Below, piece by piece: positions 26,551-35,330 of a stretch of DNA of 41,635 nt. Source of the stretch: a virus (lineage: Duplodnaviria; Caudoviricetes); IMG/VR virus record IMGVR_UViG_3300037045_000162, positions 1 through 41,635 of that record; one strand, written 5' to 3'. The position numbers were made by a program, and so were the translations under genes. The notes beneath the pieces are model-generated. The model was given only the letters and a program-made list of their open reading frames with translations. It was not told the DNA's origin and made no database searches. Each line of letters begins with the position of its first letter. The first letter of the stretch is position 1.

Positions 26551-27165
26551 ATGAGCGATTTCTGCACGATTGAGGATGTCCAGAATCTGCTGCAAATCGA
26601 GATCACGGAAGCGGCCGAGGTGGCGAGCTGCCAGCGGGCGATCAAGGAAGCGAAGGCGGCGATCCAGAATTATTGCCGGCAACTGATCGAGCTGGTGGCG
26701 GAGGATGTGATCAGGCTGGATTGCGCGGGCGGCGGGCGGCTGTTTTTGCCGGAGCTGCCGGCGCTGGCGGTGGATGCGGTGACCGAGAATGACGAGATGC
26801 TGACCGCGGGCAGGGATTACAAGCTGGGGCAGTACGGGATCCTGCACCGGATCGGGCGGCCGTGGGCGGAGGGCATCCAGCATATCCAGGTGGTGTACAG
26901 CCACGGGTATGACCCGATCCCGGACGACATCGTGGCAGTGGCAACACGGGCCGCGGCCCGCATGTTCCAGGCCGGCCTGCGGAGTGCGGAGAGCGGTGGG
27001 CTGCTGGGTGTTTCCCAGAAACAACTGGGCGATTTCTCGGTGGGCTTTTCGAGCGAGCAGGGGGGCGGGGCGGACCAGGGACTGATGGGCGTTTCAGCGT
27101 CCCGGATGCTGCTGCTGAGCGAAAAAGACATGCTCAACCGTTACCGGTACACAGGTGCAGGATGA
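26551..27165 (+). CDS. Head-tail adaptor
   Basis: AAIQNYC...VVYSHGYDPIPDDI motif and position. Confidence 0.78.
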   Translation: MSDFCTIEDVQNLLQIEITEAAEVASCQRAIKEAKAAIQNYCRQLIELVAEDVIRLDCAGGGRLFLPELPALAVDAVTENDEMLTAGRDYKLGQYGILHRIGRPWAEGIQHIQVVYSHGYDPIPDDIVAVATRAAARMFQAGLRSAESGGLLGVSQKQLGDFSVGFSSEQGGGADQGLMGVSASRMLLLSEKDMLNRYRYTGAG

Positions 27166-27518
27166 CGAGCCGGGCGTTTTTGTCTCTGCTGAACCGGATG
27201 TTCACCATCTCGCGGCGCAACCGGATCCCGGACGGCCAGGGGGGCTGGGTGATCTCGTGGGCGGAGCTGGGCAGGGTGAGCGGACGGGCACGACCGGCCA
27301 GCAGCATTGAGCGCGAAACGGCGCAGGCTGAGGAGCGGGAACTGAGCCACGTGCTGTATGTGGAAGCAGGGACGGACATTGCCCGGGGCGATCTGGTGGA
27401 GAGCGGCGATTTTCTGGCTGAGGTGATGGCGGCACGAGAGCCATCGCTGGCGGGTGAGCACTATGAGGTTGACCTGATGGCGCGGCAGCGGGAAGTGACG
27501 GAGGATTTCGGATCATGA
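27162..27518 (+). CDS. Head closure (stopper) protein
   Basis: PDGQGGW...DIARGDLV; ends DFGS. Confidence 0.78.
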   Translation: MTSRAFLSLLNRMFTISRRNRIPDGQGGWVISWAELGRVSGRARPASSIERETAQAEERELSHVLYVEAGTDIARGDLVESGDFLAEVMAAREPSLAGEHYEVDLMARQREVTEDFGS

Positions 27519-27895
27519 CGATCGTTGAATGGAAACCGGCGGTGGTGAAAAAGATGGCGCTGGATCAACTTGAAGCGAATGCCGAACTGGTGGGTGTGTT
27601 CGTGGAGACGGAGGCACGCCAGCGGCTGGATGCGATCACAGATCCGGACACGGCGAGGGACAAGAATTACCGGCATTATCTGTCGAAGTATCTGCTGACC
27701 CACGTGGTGGAGAAGTCGGAAAAGGAAATCGTGATCTCGGTGGGAATGAGGGTTGGGCCGCGAGGCAGCGGGGCGGGGCACCACGGATTTTTTATCGAAA
27801 CCGGGAGCGAAAGCGCCCCGGCGCACCCTTACCTGCGGCCGGCGGTGTTTGGAAACGCGCGCGAGATCGTGAACTTGCTGACAGGCGAGGAGTAG
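27515..27895 (+). CDS. HK97 gp10-like tail component
   Basis: FIETGS..PAHPYLRPA. Confidence 0.78.
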   Translation: MTIVEWKPAVVKKMALDQLEANAELVGVFVETEARQRLDAITDPDTARDKNYRHYLSKYLLTHVVEKSEKEIVISVGMRVGPRGSGAGHHGFFIETGSESAPAHPYLRPAVFGNAREIVNLLTGEE

Positions 27896-27903
27896 AAAAG
27901 CGG

Positions 27904-28317
27904 ATGAGCGTGATCACACAGGCGATCTATAACAAACTGGCAGGGGATGCGGCGCTGTGCGGGATGCTGAGCAGGTATCAGGGTGCGCCGGCGATCTTCA
28001 CCAGCGACCCGCGGCCAGGGGACTCGGCGCTGCCGTGCATTGTGACGGCGGGCGAGGTGACACAAAGCCCGGCGGACACCAAAACGTCACGGGGCAGGTC
28101 GATCCGCAGGGACGTGCGCTGTTATGCACCGCCTAGCGGAAGCGACCAGACGGTGGAGCAGATTGCAGAACGGGTACGGGCGCTGCTGCACCGGCAACGG
28201 CTGACGATCGCCGGGCATACATGGGTGTTGGCGAGTGTGGAAGGACCGATCACGGCGAATGAGGAAAACGCGCAGGGTCGGATCGTAACGGTAATCATGA
28301 GAATCGAGGAGGTTTAG
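27904..28317 (+). CDS. Tail terminator (DUF3168-like)
   Basis: QAIYNKLAGDAAL...IAERVRALLH and position. Confidence 0.78.
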   Translation: MSVITQAIYNKLAGDAALCGMLSRYQGAPAIFTSDPRPGDSALPCIVTAGEVTQSPADTKTSRGRSIRRDVRCYAPPSGSDQTVEQIAERVRALLHRQRLTIAGHTWVLASVEGPITANEENAQGRIVTVIMRIEEV

Positions 28318-28719
28318 ATGAACGGCAGTAATGTGATGTTGATGGTGAACACAGGCAGCGAAGCGGTGCCGGCTTATGAGCTGGTCGGCTGCCAGCGGGA
28401 CGTGAAATTTGAAGAAACGACAGCGGAGATTGACGTTTCGTGCAAACCGCGGCGGGCAAAGCGGGTGATCGCGGGGCGGTATGGGGCGACGATCAGCCTG
28501 GATGCGCTGTATGTGCCGAGCGATGAGGCTTACCAGGCGTTGAGAAACGCCAACCGGAATGGTGATTTGATCCTGGTGGCGCGTGAAGAAATGGGCGTGA
28601 CGCTGGAAACAGCCAATGCGTTGATCACGAGCATGAGCGAGGACATGCCGGACCAGGAGGAAGCAACGATCAGCATTTCGCTGACTGTGGACGGCGAGTG
28701 GGTGGAGGTTGGCAGCTGA
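28318..28719 (+). CDS. Tail tube protein (TP901-1-like)
   Basis: VGCQRD...EIDVSCK...ITSMSED...ATISISL; ends EVGS. Confidence 0.85.
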   Translation: MNGSNVMLMVNTGSEAVPAYELVGCQRDVKFEETTAEIDVSCKPRRAKRVIAGRYGATISLDALYVPSDEAYQALRNANRNGDLILVAREEMGVTLETANALITSMSEDMPDQEEATISISLTVDGEWVEVGS

Positions 28720-29075
28720 TGGCTGGACAGGAAGCGATCATCACAGCAGGCGAGCGTGAGGTGCGGGTTTTGTTCACCAACCGGGCGCTGGCCGAGGTGG
28801 AAGGGCAGTTGAAGCGGCCGATCATCGCCATTGCCCAGGGTTTTGCAGACGGAACGAGCGGTGTGACGGACGTGGCGCATGTGCTGCGGGCAGGGATGGA
28901 AGCTGCCCGCAGGGATGCCCACCAGAGCGGGCACCCGGTGACGCTGAACGATGCGTACGCGGTGATGGACGAATTGAGCTTTGGCGAGATCTGCGAGGCG
29001 GTGATGCTGGCAGTGGCCAGGGTGCTGAGCAACGGCGACGGCGAGAGCGACGAGGAAGCGGACCCAAACGCATAG
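28719..29075 (+). CDS. Tail assembly chaperone (gpG)
   Basis: LFTNRALAEVE motif; lies between tube and tape measure; ends at the slippery site. Confidence 0.8.
   Translation: MAGQEAIITAGEREVRVLFTNRALAEVEGQLKRPIIAIAQGFADGTSGVTDVAHVLRAGMEAARRDAHQSGHPVTLNDAYAVMDELSFGEICEAVMLAVARVLSNGDGESDEEADPNA
29063..29069 (+). other. -1 programmed ribosomal frameshift site C CCA AAC
   Basis: X XXY YYZ heptamer in the correct phase; the -1 frame is open through to 29404. Confidence 0.8.
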
Positions 29076-29404
29076 AACACCATGAGCCGTATGATTTTGA
29101 GAAGCTCATGGTGGAGGTGTTGAAATGCGGCGTATCGGTGCAGGCATTTTGGGGAATGACACCGCGGGAAACCGCGGCAGTGATCGAGGCGGCAGCCTGG
29201 CGGTTTGACCAGGAACAACGCGGGCGGGCCTGGCTGGCGTGGCATGTGGCAGTTTTGAGCCGGGCAAAAAATATTCCGCCGCTGCAGAAGCTGCTTGCCA
29301 ACCCGAAGGCAAAGGCGCTGAGCGGTGAGGAGTTGGAGAAACGGCGACGCGAGTTTGGCGAGATGAAAGAGAAGGCTAAGAAATGGCTACCAGTTCGCAA
29401 TTAG
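29063..29404 (+). CDS. Tail assembly chaperone C-terminal extension (gpT frame)
   Basis: FWGMTPRE motif; reached by the -1 shift. Confidence 0.78.
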   Translation, partial: PKRIEHHEPYDFEKLMVEVLKCGVSVQAFWGMTPRETAAVIEAAAWRFDQEQRGRAWLAWHVAVLSRAKNIPPLQKLLANPKAKALSGEELEKRRREFGEMKEKAKKWLPVRN

Positions 29405-31323
29405 GCGAGGCGCACGTCCCCATTCGGGCAACAATGGACAAACTGGACGGCGATCTGGCGAAGGCGCGCAGCAAGATCGGTGCGTCAATCGACAAGATCG
29501 TTGGCAACCTGCAGACGGTTGGCGGGGTTGCGCTTTCTGGCATCGGGGTTGCAGGGGGAGCAATCGCCGGCGTTGCGGCAGTGCTGACGAAGGCAACGAT
29601 CGACTCAGCGCCGGTGCAGGGGATCGCAGACGCGTTCGACGGGCTGGCTGACAGCGCAGGCGTGGGCGGCAAGGCAATGCTGAAGGCGCTGCAAGAGGGC
29701 AGCGCGGGGATGGTTGCCAACCGGGACCTGATGCAGAGCTTCAACAAGGCGGCGAGTTTGGTGTCTCTGGATTTTGCCAAACAACTGCCGGACGCGATGA
29801 AATATATGGGCAAGGTTTCGGCGGCGACGGGCGAGGATATGGGCTACCTGCTGGACAGCCTGGTGACCGGCGTGGGCCGGCTGAGCCCGAATATCCTGGA
29901 CAACTTACAGATCCAGGTGAGCCTGGCAGAGGCCACGGCGCGGGCGGCGGAGATGTTCGGGGTGGAGGAAAGCGCGCTGGACAAGGCCCAGGTGCAGGCG
30001 GGGATGATGAGCGTCTCGCTGGAGAAGCTGGCGGCCAATACGGCAGCCATGCCGGACGCCACGCAGAACGCGGCGGCCAAACTGGCGCAGATGAAGGCGA
30101 CCTTCCAGAACACAAAAGACCAGATCGGGATGGCGTTCCTGCCGGTGCTGAACTCGGTGCTGGGTGTGTTTGGCGAACTGGCCGAGAAATACACGCCGGT
30201 ACTGGTCGGGGCAATTGAAAAAATTGCGCCAGTCGTGGCTGACATTGCAAGCGTGGTTGGTGGTTTCGTGCTGAGCCTGGCAAATGGAGAATCGCCAATG
30301 AGCGCGTTTGCATCGCTGATCGGCGAACTTTTTCCGCCGGAAGTGGCAACCAATATCATGTCGTTCGTGATGCAGTTGCAGGAATTCGGGGCCAGGCTGT
30401 GGGAGGTTTTGCAGCCGGTGGCTGAGTTCATCATGGATAATGTGCAACTGAGCGATGTGCTGGCCGGGGTGGGGGTGGCGATCGCAACGCTGGTGATCCC
30501 GGCGATCGGGAGCATGATTGCGGCGGTGGCGCCGGTGATCGGGACGTTCCTGGCGGTGGTGGCGGTGGTGGCGGCGCTGCGGGCGGCCTGGGAGAACGAT
30601 TTCCTGGGGATCCGCACGGCGCTGACGGAGTTCTGGGAGAACAAGGCCAAGCCGGCGTTCACTGAATTGGCAGCGTGGCTGAAAGAGCACGTGCCGGCGG
30701 CGATTGCCAAACTGAAAGACATTTGGGATAACCAACTGCTGCCCGCGCTGAGCGCGGTGTGGGAGTATCTGAGCAAGAAGGTGTTCCCGGTACTGAAGAC
30801 GATCGCGGAATTTGTGGGAGCGGTGCTGGGGGTGGTGTTCCGGGTGTATGTGCAGATGATCAAGGACATCTTCATCCCGACGATCATGCGTTTGTATGAG
30901 TGGTTCAACGACAAAATCCTGCCGGTGATCAAAACGGTGGCGGACTGGCTGGGCACGAAACTGAAGCCAGCGTTCGATGAAATCTGGAAAGTGACTGAGA
31001 AGGTGCTGGGGTGGATACAGAAATTGACCACGGCGCTGAAGAATCTGGACGTTTCGAAAGTGTTCAAGCCGGGGAGCCCGACGCCGTTTGAGACCGGGCT
31101 GCGGGGCATCCAGGGAGCGATGAAGGACCTTTCGGGGCGGACGCTGCCACAGTTTTCGGCGCGGCTGGAATTGCTGCCGGAGGTGCCAGGGGTGACAGGA
31201 TTTGTGACCGGGGGCGAGACACGGACACAGCTTGACACGTCTGCGCTGGAGAAGAAGATCGACATGCTGGGCATGCAACTGCCGCTGGCATTTCGGGATG
31301 CGGTGCTGGGGCTGACGCGATGA
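29383..31323 (+). CDS. Tape measure protein
   Basis: 646 aa, Ala-rich helical with periodic W/F repeats; GSP motif near the C-terminus. Confidence 0.9.
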   Translation: MATSSQLGEAHVPIRATMDKLDGDLAKARSKIGASIDKIVGNLQTVGGVALSGIGVAGGAIAGVAAVLTKATIDSAPVQGIADAFDGLADSAGVGGKAMLKALQEGSAGMVANRDLMQSFNKAASLVSLDFAKQLPDAMKYMGKVSAATGEDMGYLLDSLVTGVGRLSPNILDNLQIQVSLAEATARAAEMFGVEESALDKAQVQAGMMSVSLEKLAANTAAMPDATQNAAAKLAQMKATFQNTKDQIGMAFLPVLNSVLGVFGELAEKYTPVLVGAIEKIAPVVADIASVVGGFVLSLANGESPMSAFASLIGELFPPEVATNIMSFVMQLQEFGARLWEVLQPVAEFIMDNVQLSDVLAGVGVAIATLVIPAIGSMIAAVAPVIGTFLAVVAVVAALRAAWENDFLGIRTALTEFWENKAKPAFTELAAWLKEHVPAAIAKLKDIWDNQLLPALSAVWEYLSKKVFPVLKTIAEFVGAVLGVVFRVYVQMIKDIFIPTIMRLYEWFNDKILPVIKTVADWLGTKLKPAFDEIWKVTEKVLGWIQKLTTALKNLDVSKVFKPGSPTPFETGLRGIQGAMKDLSGRTLPQFSARLELLPEVPGVTGFVTGGETRTQLDTSALEKKIDMLGMQLPLAFRDAVLGLTR

Positions 31324-32942
31324 GCAGGGTGGACGCGGCTTTTGCACTGGATGCGGAACTGGCGCCGGATGTGTGGGTGGAGATCACGGAGGACGTGATC
31401 GATTCGGAGGCGAAGGCGAGTTACGGGATCAAAGGCAACGACCCGAACCAGCGGATGGCGGGAACGGGGCAACTGTTCTTTGAACTCAACAACTCGCACA
31501 GCAACTCGGCGGGGACGCTTGGGTATTATTCGCCGGGGACGTATACCTGCCGGGAAGGGTTTGCGGGCGGGATGCGGGTGCGGGCGCGGTTCACGTATGA
31601 AGGGAAGACGTACTATAAATTCCTGGGACGGGTGCCGAAAAACGGGATCCGGGCGGAAGCCGGATTGTGGGACGGGCGGCGCACGGGGGTGGAAGTGCGG
31701 GACTGGATGGAATATGCGGCGAGTTATGAGATCCGGGGGCGGGAGGTGCAGACCGGCCTGCGGGCTGACCAGGCGCTGCGGATGCTGATCGGGGATATGC
31801 CGCTGCCGCTGCAACCGCAAAACACGGAATTCGCCAGCGGGCAGGACGCGTTTGAGACGGTGTTTGACAAAGCCAAAGCGGGCACGGTGCTGATGAGCGA
31901 AGCGGCCAAACTGGTGGCGAGCGAGCCGGGGTATCTGTATGTCAAACGGGACCAGACGCACGGGGAAACGCTGGTTTTTGAGAATCGCTTCAGCCGGTTT
32001 TTGAAGGAAAAAACGGAGCTACAACGGTCGCGGGCGTATGCGCGCAGCCTGTGCGCGGAGGACGGGAGCTTTCTGTTGACGGAGGACGGGCAGCGGCTGG
32101 TGATCGACGACACGTATGAAGCGGATTTTGAGTGTATCGGGGATTTGCAGCCAGAGTTTGGCGGGCAGGTCTATAACCGGGTGCATGGGCGGGTGTATCC
32201 ACGGTATGCGGACATAGAGGTGCAGGTGCTGGCCAGGCTGCAATCGCCGATCTTTCTGGCGGCCGGGGCAAGCGTGACGGTGCAGATCCCGTATCGGGAC
32301 CCAAACAACAAGGCGCTGAACGTGGCGGGGTTTGATATGCAGCCGCCTGAAAAGGATGTGGATTATTCATTCAACGCACTAAAAGGCGGAAATGGCACTA
32401 ACCTGTCAGATGATCTCGGTGTAACGCCGGTTTATGGTTCAAGCGAAGTGTATGTAACGTTTACCAATAATCGGTCATCAGGCGGCTGGGTGATAGCGTA
32501 TCAAGCGCGAGGATACGGTTTATATGCCTATGACACAGTGAGCTTTGTGGCCGAGGATGTGACGGTGGAATTTGGGGCGGAGACGCTGGAGCTGGACATG
32601 CCGTATCAGGTGGACCCGATCAAGGCGAAGGTGTTCAGCGAGTATTATCTGGGCGAATATGGGCGGGCGGTGGGTGGTTTGCAATGGGTTGACCTGGTGG
32701 CCAATATCAGCGACAAGCACATGATGGCGTTCCTGGAAAAGGAACCGGGAGACCGGGTGGGATTGCAGGAAGCGGTGACGGGCATCTGGCACGATTTCAT
32801 CATCAACGGGTGCGAGTGGGCGCACCAGACGGATGTGGTCCATTTTCGGTGGTACGTGATGCGGACATCGGACATGGCGGTGAACTGGGCACGGTATGAC
32901 ATAGACGTTTATGACGACGCGGCCAAAGGGTACGCGATCTAG
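31320..32942 (+). CDS. Tail tip/baseplate hub protein
   Basis: Follows the tape measure; WVEITEDV N-terminus; AEDG..LLTEDG repeat. Confidence 0.7.
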   Translation: MSRVDAAFALDAELAPDVWVEITEDVIDSEAKASYGIKGNDPNQRMAGTGQLFFELNNSHSNSAGTLGYYSPGTYTCREGFAGGMRVRARFTYEGKTYYKFLGRVPKNGIRAEAGLWDGRRTGVEVRDWMEYAASYEIRGREVQTGLRADQALRMLIGDMPLPLQPQNTEFASGQDAFETVFDKAKAGTVLMSEAAKLVASEPGYLYVKRDQTHGETLVFENRFSRFLKEKTELQRSRAYARSLCAEDGSFLLTEDGQRLVIDDTYEADFECIGDLQPEFGGQVYNRVHGRVYPRYADIEVQVLARLQSPIFLAAGASVTVQIPYRDPNNKALNVAGFDMQPPEKDVDYSFNALKGGNGTNLSDDLGVTPVYGSSEVYVTFTNNRSSGGWVIAYQARGYGLYAYDTVSFVAEDVTVEFGAETLELDMPYQVDPIKAKVFSEYYLGEYGRAVGGLQWVDLVANISDKHMMAFLEKEPGDRVGLQEAVTGIWHDFIINGCEWAHQTDVVHFRWYVMRTSDMAVNWARYDIDVYDDAAKGYAI

Positions 32943-32950
32943 GAGGCAGC

Positions 32951-33562
32951 ATGGCAAACGGATTTCCGGTAAATATCAGCCGGCAGGCTGGTGGTCCCAT
33001 TTCGAGCAGCGACATCAACGCGCTGGCGGCGGCGGTGAATGAAAGCGCGCCGGCGAAGGTCACAGCGGCGGGGCAGATCCCGGTGGGGATTGGACTGAAC
33101 GAGATTGCGGCGCTGGCGGCGCCACTGGCAAGCGGGCTTCTGTTGGGATCTGATTTGGGCGAGCCAACTAAACTTAAATGGGTCGGCGCAATTGACGTAT
33201 ATACAGCGACACAGACGCCAGGCCCGGGAATTACATTGACCGCCAGTGATCAGACCATTCCCGGATTATCGCTGGATGTAACAATCAAGCGTGCCAATTC
33301 TGTGATTATTGCGTTTTTAGGCGGCGGAGTTCAACAACCTACAGGCTCAGGAGGACAGACGAATATTGACGTGTCTATGGATGGAATTGGTATGAGAATA
33401 TGGCTGTCAATCACGGCTGTTACTTCAGGCTATCTTCCTATTTCCGGCGTAGCATTTAGAGTAATCCCCACAACTGGCGTTAAATCTGTGTTTGCTGTAG
33501 CAAGACAAGGGACACCTAATTCAAATGTAGCCGGCCTGGGGATGGTTGTTCTTGTTGTTTAG
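32951..33562 (+). CDS. Minor tail / fibre protein
   Basis: Position; beta-rich C-terminal domain. Confidence 0.6.
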   Translation: MANGFPVNISRQAGGPISSSDINALAAAVNESAPAKVTAAGQIPVGIGLNEIAALAAPLASGLLLGSDLGEPTKLKWVGAIDVYTATQTPGPGITLTASDQTIPGLSLDVTIKRANSVIIAFLGGGVQQPTGSGGQTNIDVSMDGIGMRIWLSITAVTSGYLPISGVAFRVIPTTGVKSVFAVARQGTPNSNVAGLGMVVLVV

Positions 33563-33570
33563 GAGAAATT

Positions 33571-34908
33571 ATGATGACAGACCCTGAAGGAATCCTGATC
33601 TCTAACCTTCCAGAAATCACCGATCCGAAACTGACGGATTATTTTGTGATCAACCGGCACGGTACTACGAAGAAGATCACCAGGAGAGTGCGGATTGATC
33701 TTGTCAGCGAGCTGCTCAAACAGTCCCCGATCCCGGCCAACACGGAGGTACTATCGGCTGACCGGTCACTGACAGATGCGGATGCGGTGATCCAGTACCT
33801 TGATCCGGGCGGGGCGGCCAGGGATGTGCCGCTGCCAACGCCGGCCAGCACAAATCACCCGTTTGTGATCAGCAACCGGGCGGACGCAGACGAGACGCTG
33901 ACCGTGTACGACGGGGCGACGGCGGTGGACACTGTTGGCCAGGGTGAGACAAAGTTATTTGTTTCGGACGGTCTGGCATGGGCCGGGCTTTCCGGTGGAG
34001 GGGGCGGGGGGGCGAGTCCTTTAACAACTAAAGGTGATATTTGGGGATATGGCACAGAAAACGCACGAATTGCAGTTGGCGCAAATGGGAATGTGCTTGC
34101 GGCAGACAGCAGCGAGCCACTTGGCGTAAAATGGATCACTCCTGCCGGTGGAGGTGGTGGCGATCTGCTTTCAAATCTCGTGAATGCGGAGGTGAGCATA
34201 TCGGCAGAAACAACACTTACAAGCGCAGCGTTCGGCAAGATGCACGTGATTTCAGGATTGACTGAAAATTACCCTATTTTCCTGCCTGACGTGACAGGGA
34301 ATGCAGGCAAGATCATTGGCTTTCGGGTTGGGCTTTATTCAGCAGCAAGCAAATTGTATACGTTGACTAGAAGCGGAGGGGCGTCAATTAATGGGACGCT
34401 AACTAGAGTTTTGCACGCCGAGGAATCTGCCATTCTGCTGTGTACCGGATGGGCGTGGTACAAGATTGCCGGATTGACGATCCCATTTACCTGCAAGATC
34501 GACTGGCAGGCAGGCGCAGATCCTGATCTTGTCAGAAATACAGTCACGGCATTGACGCTGAATACAGCCGTAAATGACCCGTTCGGCATGGCGCAGGTTG
34601 CGAATAACCGGATCAACTGTTTGCGCACCAACGTATATATGAGTGAGATGGGGTTGCGATATTATGCGCACACGGCAGCCAGAAACTACGTGCTATTGGA
34701 TGTCAATGGCGTTTCAAAGAACGCAGATGAAAAATCATCTGCTGGCGCAGCCCTATCAAAAGGCATCTACACGGCACTGCCACTGGTTTCGGGTGACTAT
34801 GTGTCTTGCCGATATTTTCATAATGCCGCAGCTGATGTGAAAGCATACGTCACAGACGCAAACACAGCAAGGCCATATCTGTCCATCACAGAAATTCCGA
34901 GCTGGTAA
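33571..34908 (+). CDS. Tail fibre / receptor-binding protein
   Basis: ISNLP N-terminus, Gly hinges, PLTTKGD fibre motif, beta-rich C1q-like C-terminus. Confidence 0.75.
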   Translation: MMTDPEGILISNLPEITDPKLTDYFVINRHGTTKKITRRVRIDLVSELLKQSPIPANTEVLSADRSLTDADAVIQYLDPGGAARDVPLPTPASTNHPFVISNRADADETLTVYDGATAVDTVGQGETKLFVSDGLAWAGLSGGGGGGASPLTTKGDIWGYGTENARIAVGANGNVLAADSSEPLGVKWITPAGGGGGDLLSNLVNAEVSISAETTLTSAAFGKMHVISGLTENYPIFLPDVTGNAGKIIGFRVGLYSAASKLYTLTRSGGASINGTLTRVLHAEESAILLCTGWAWYKIAGLTIPFTCKIDWQAGADPDLVRNTVTALTLNTAVNDPFGMAQVANNRINCLRTNVYMSEMGLRYYAHTAARNYVLLDVNGVSKNADEKSSAGAALSKGIYTALPLVSGDYVSCRYFHNAAADVKAYVTDANTARPYLSITEIPSW

Positions 34909-34920
34909 AGAGGAGACGCT

Positions 34921-35280
34921 ATGATCGCAAAATTCCGGGAAGAGAACATGAAAAGCGTGCCTGTGCCTAAGCATTTTGATGGTGGAAAATTTGCCAAAAA
35001 AACAGGGTTGAATACTCTGGCTGGCGATTTTTACATCATTGGGGATCGACTGTATTACCCGGAGGAATTGGGCAAGGTCAATCTGTCCGACTGCGTGACC
35101 GAGCCAGAGCCGGCATATGTGGCTGAGCGCCGGGAGGCTTATCTGGACGCCGGCTGCACGGTGGAGGCGATGGTGGCGGCCATGTGGGAGCTGCTGGTCG
35201 AGGGGCGGGCGGAGAGGTCGCAGGAGCTGCAGGCCAGGCGGGAAGCGGTGAAGGGGAGTGTGCCGAAGGGGGATGGGTGA
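34921..35280 (+). CDS. Hypothetical protein, possible fibre chaperone
   Basis: Follows the fibre gene; AGGAG RBS. Confidence 0.55.
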   Translation: MIAKFREENMKSVPVPKHFDGGKFAKKTGLNTLAGDFYIIGDRLYYPEELGKVNLSDCVTEPEPAYVAERREAYLDAGCTVEAMVAAMWELLVEGRAERSQELQARREAVKGSVPKGDG

Positions 35281-35292
35281 TTTAAAATTAAG

Positions 35293-35323
35293 GCGCTCTG
35301 GTCAATTGCCAGGGCGCTTTTTT
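35293..35323 (+). terminator. Late operon terminator
   Basis: GCGCTCTGG-TCAATTG-CCAGGGCGC followed by T6. Confidence 0.75.
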
Positions 35324-35330
35324 GTGCGTT

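Noticed and set aside
20242-31961. Long minus-strand ORFs (e.g. 20242-21888, 22868-24316, 29844-31961)
   Set aside because: These are antisense shadows of GC-rich structural genes, with low-complexity His/Pro/Arg translations and no motifs.
33571-35280. Diversity-generating retroelement targeting the tail fibre
   Set aside because: No reverse transcriptase and no adenine-mismatched TR/VR pair was seen.
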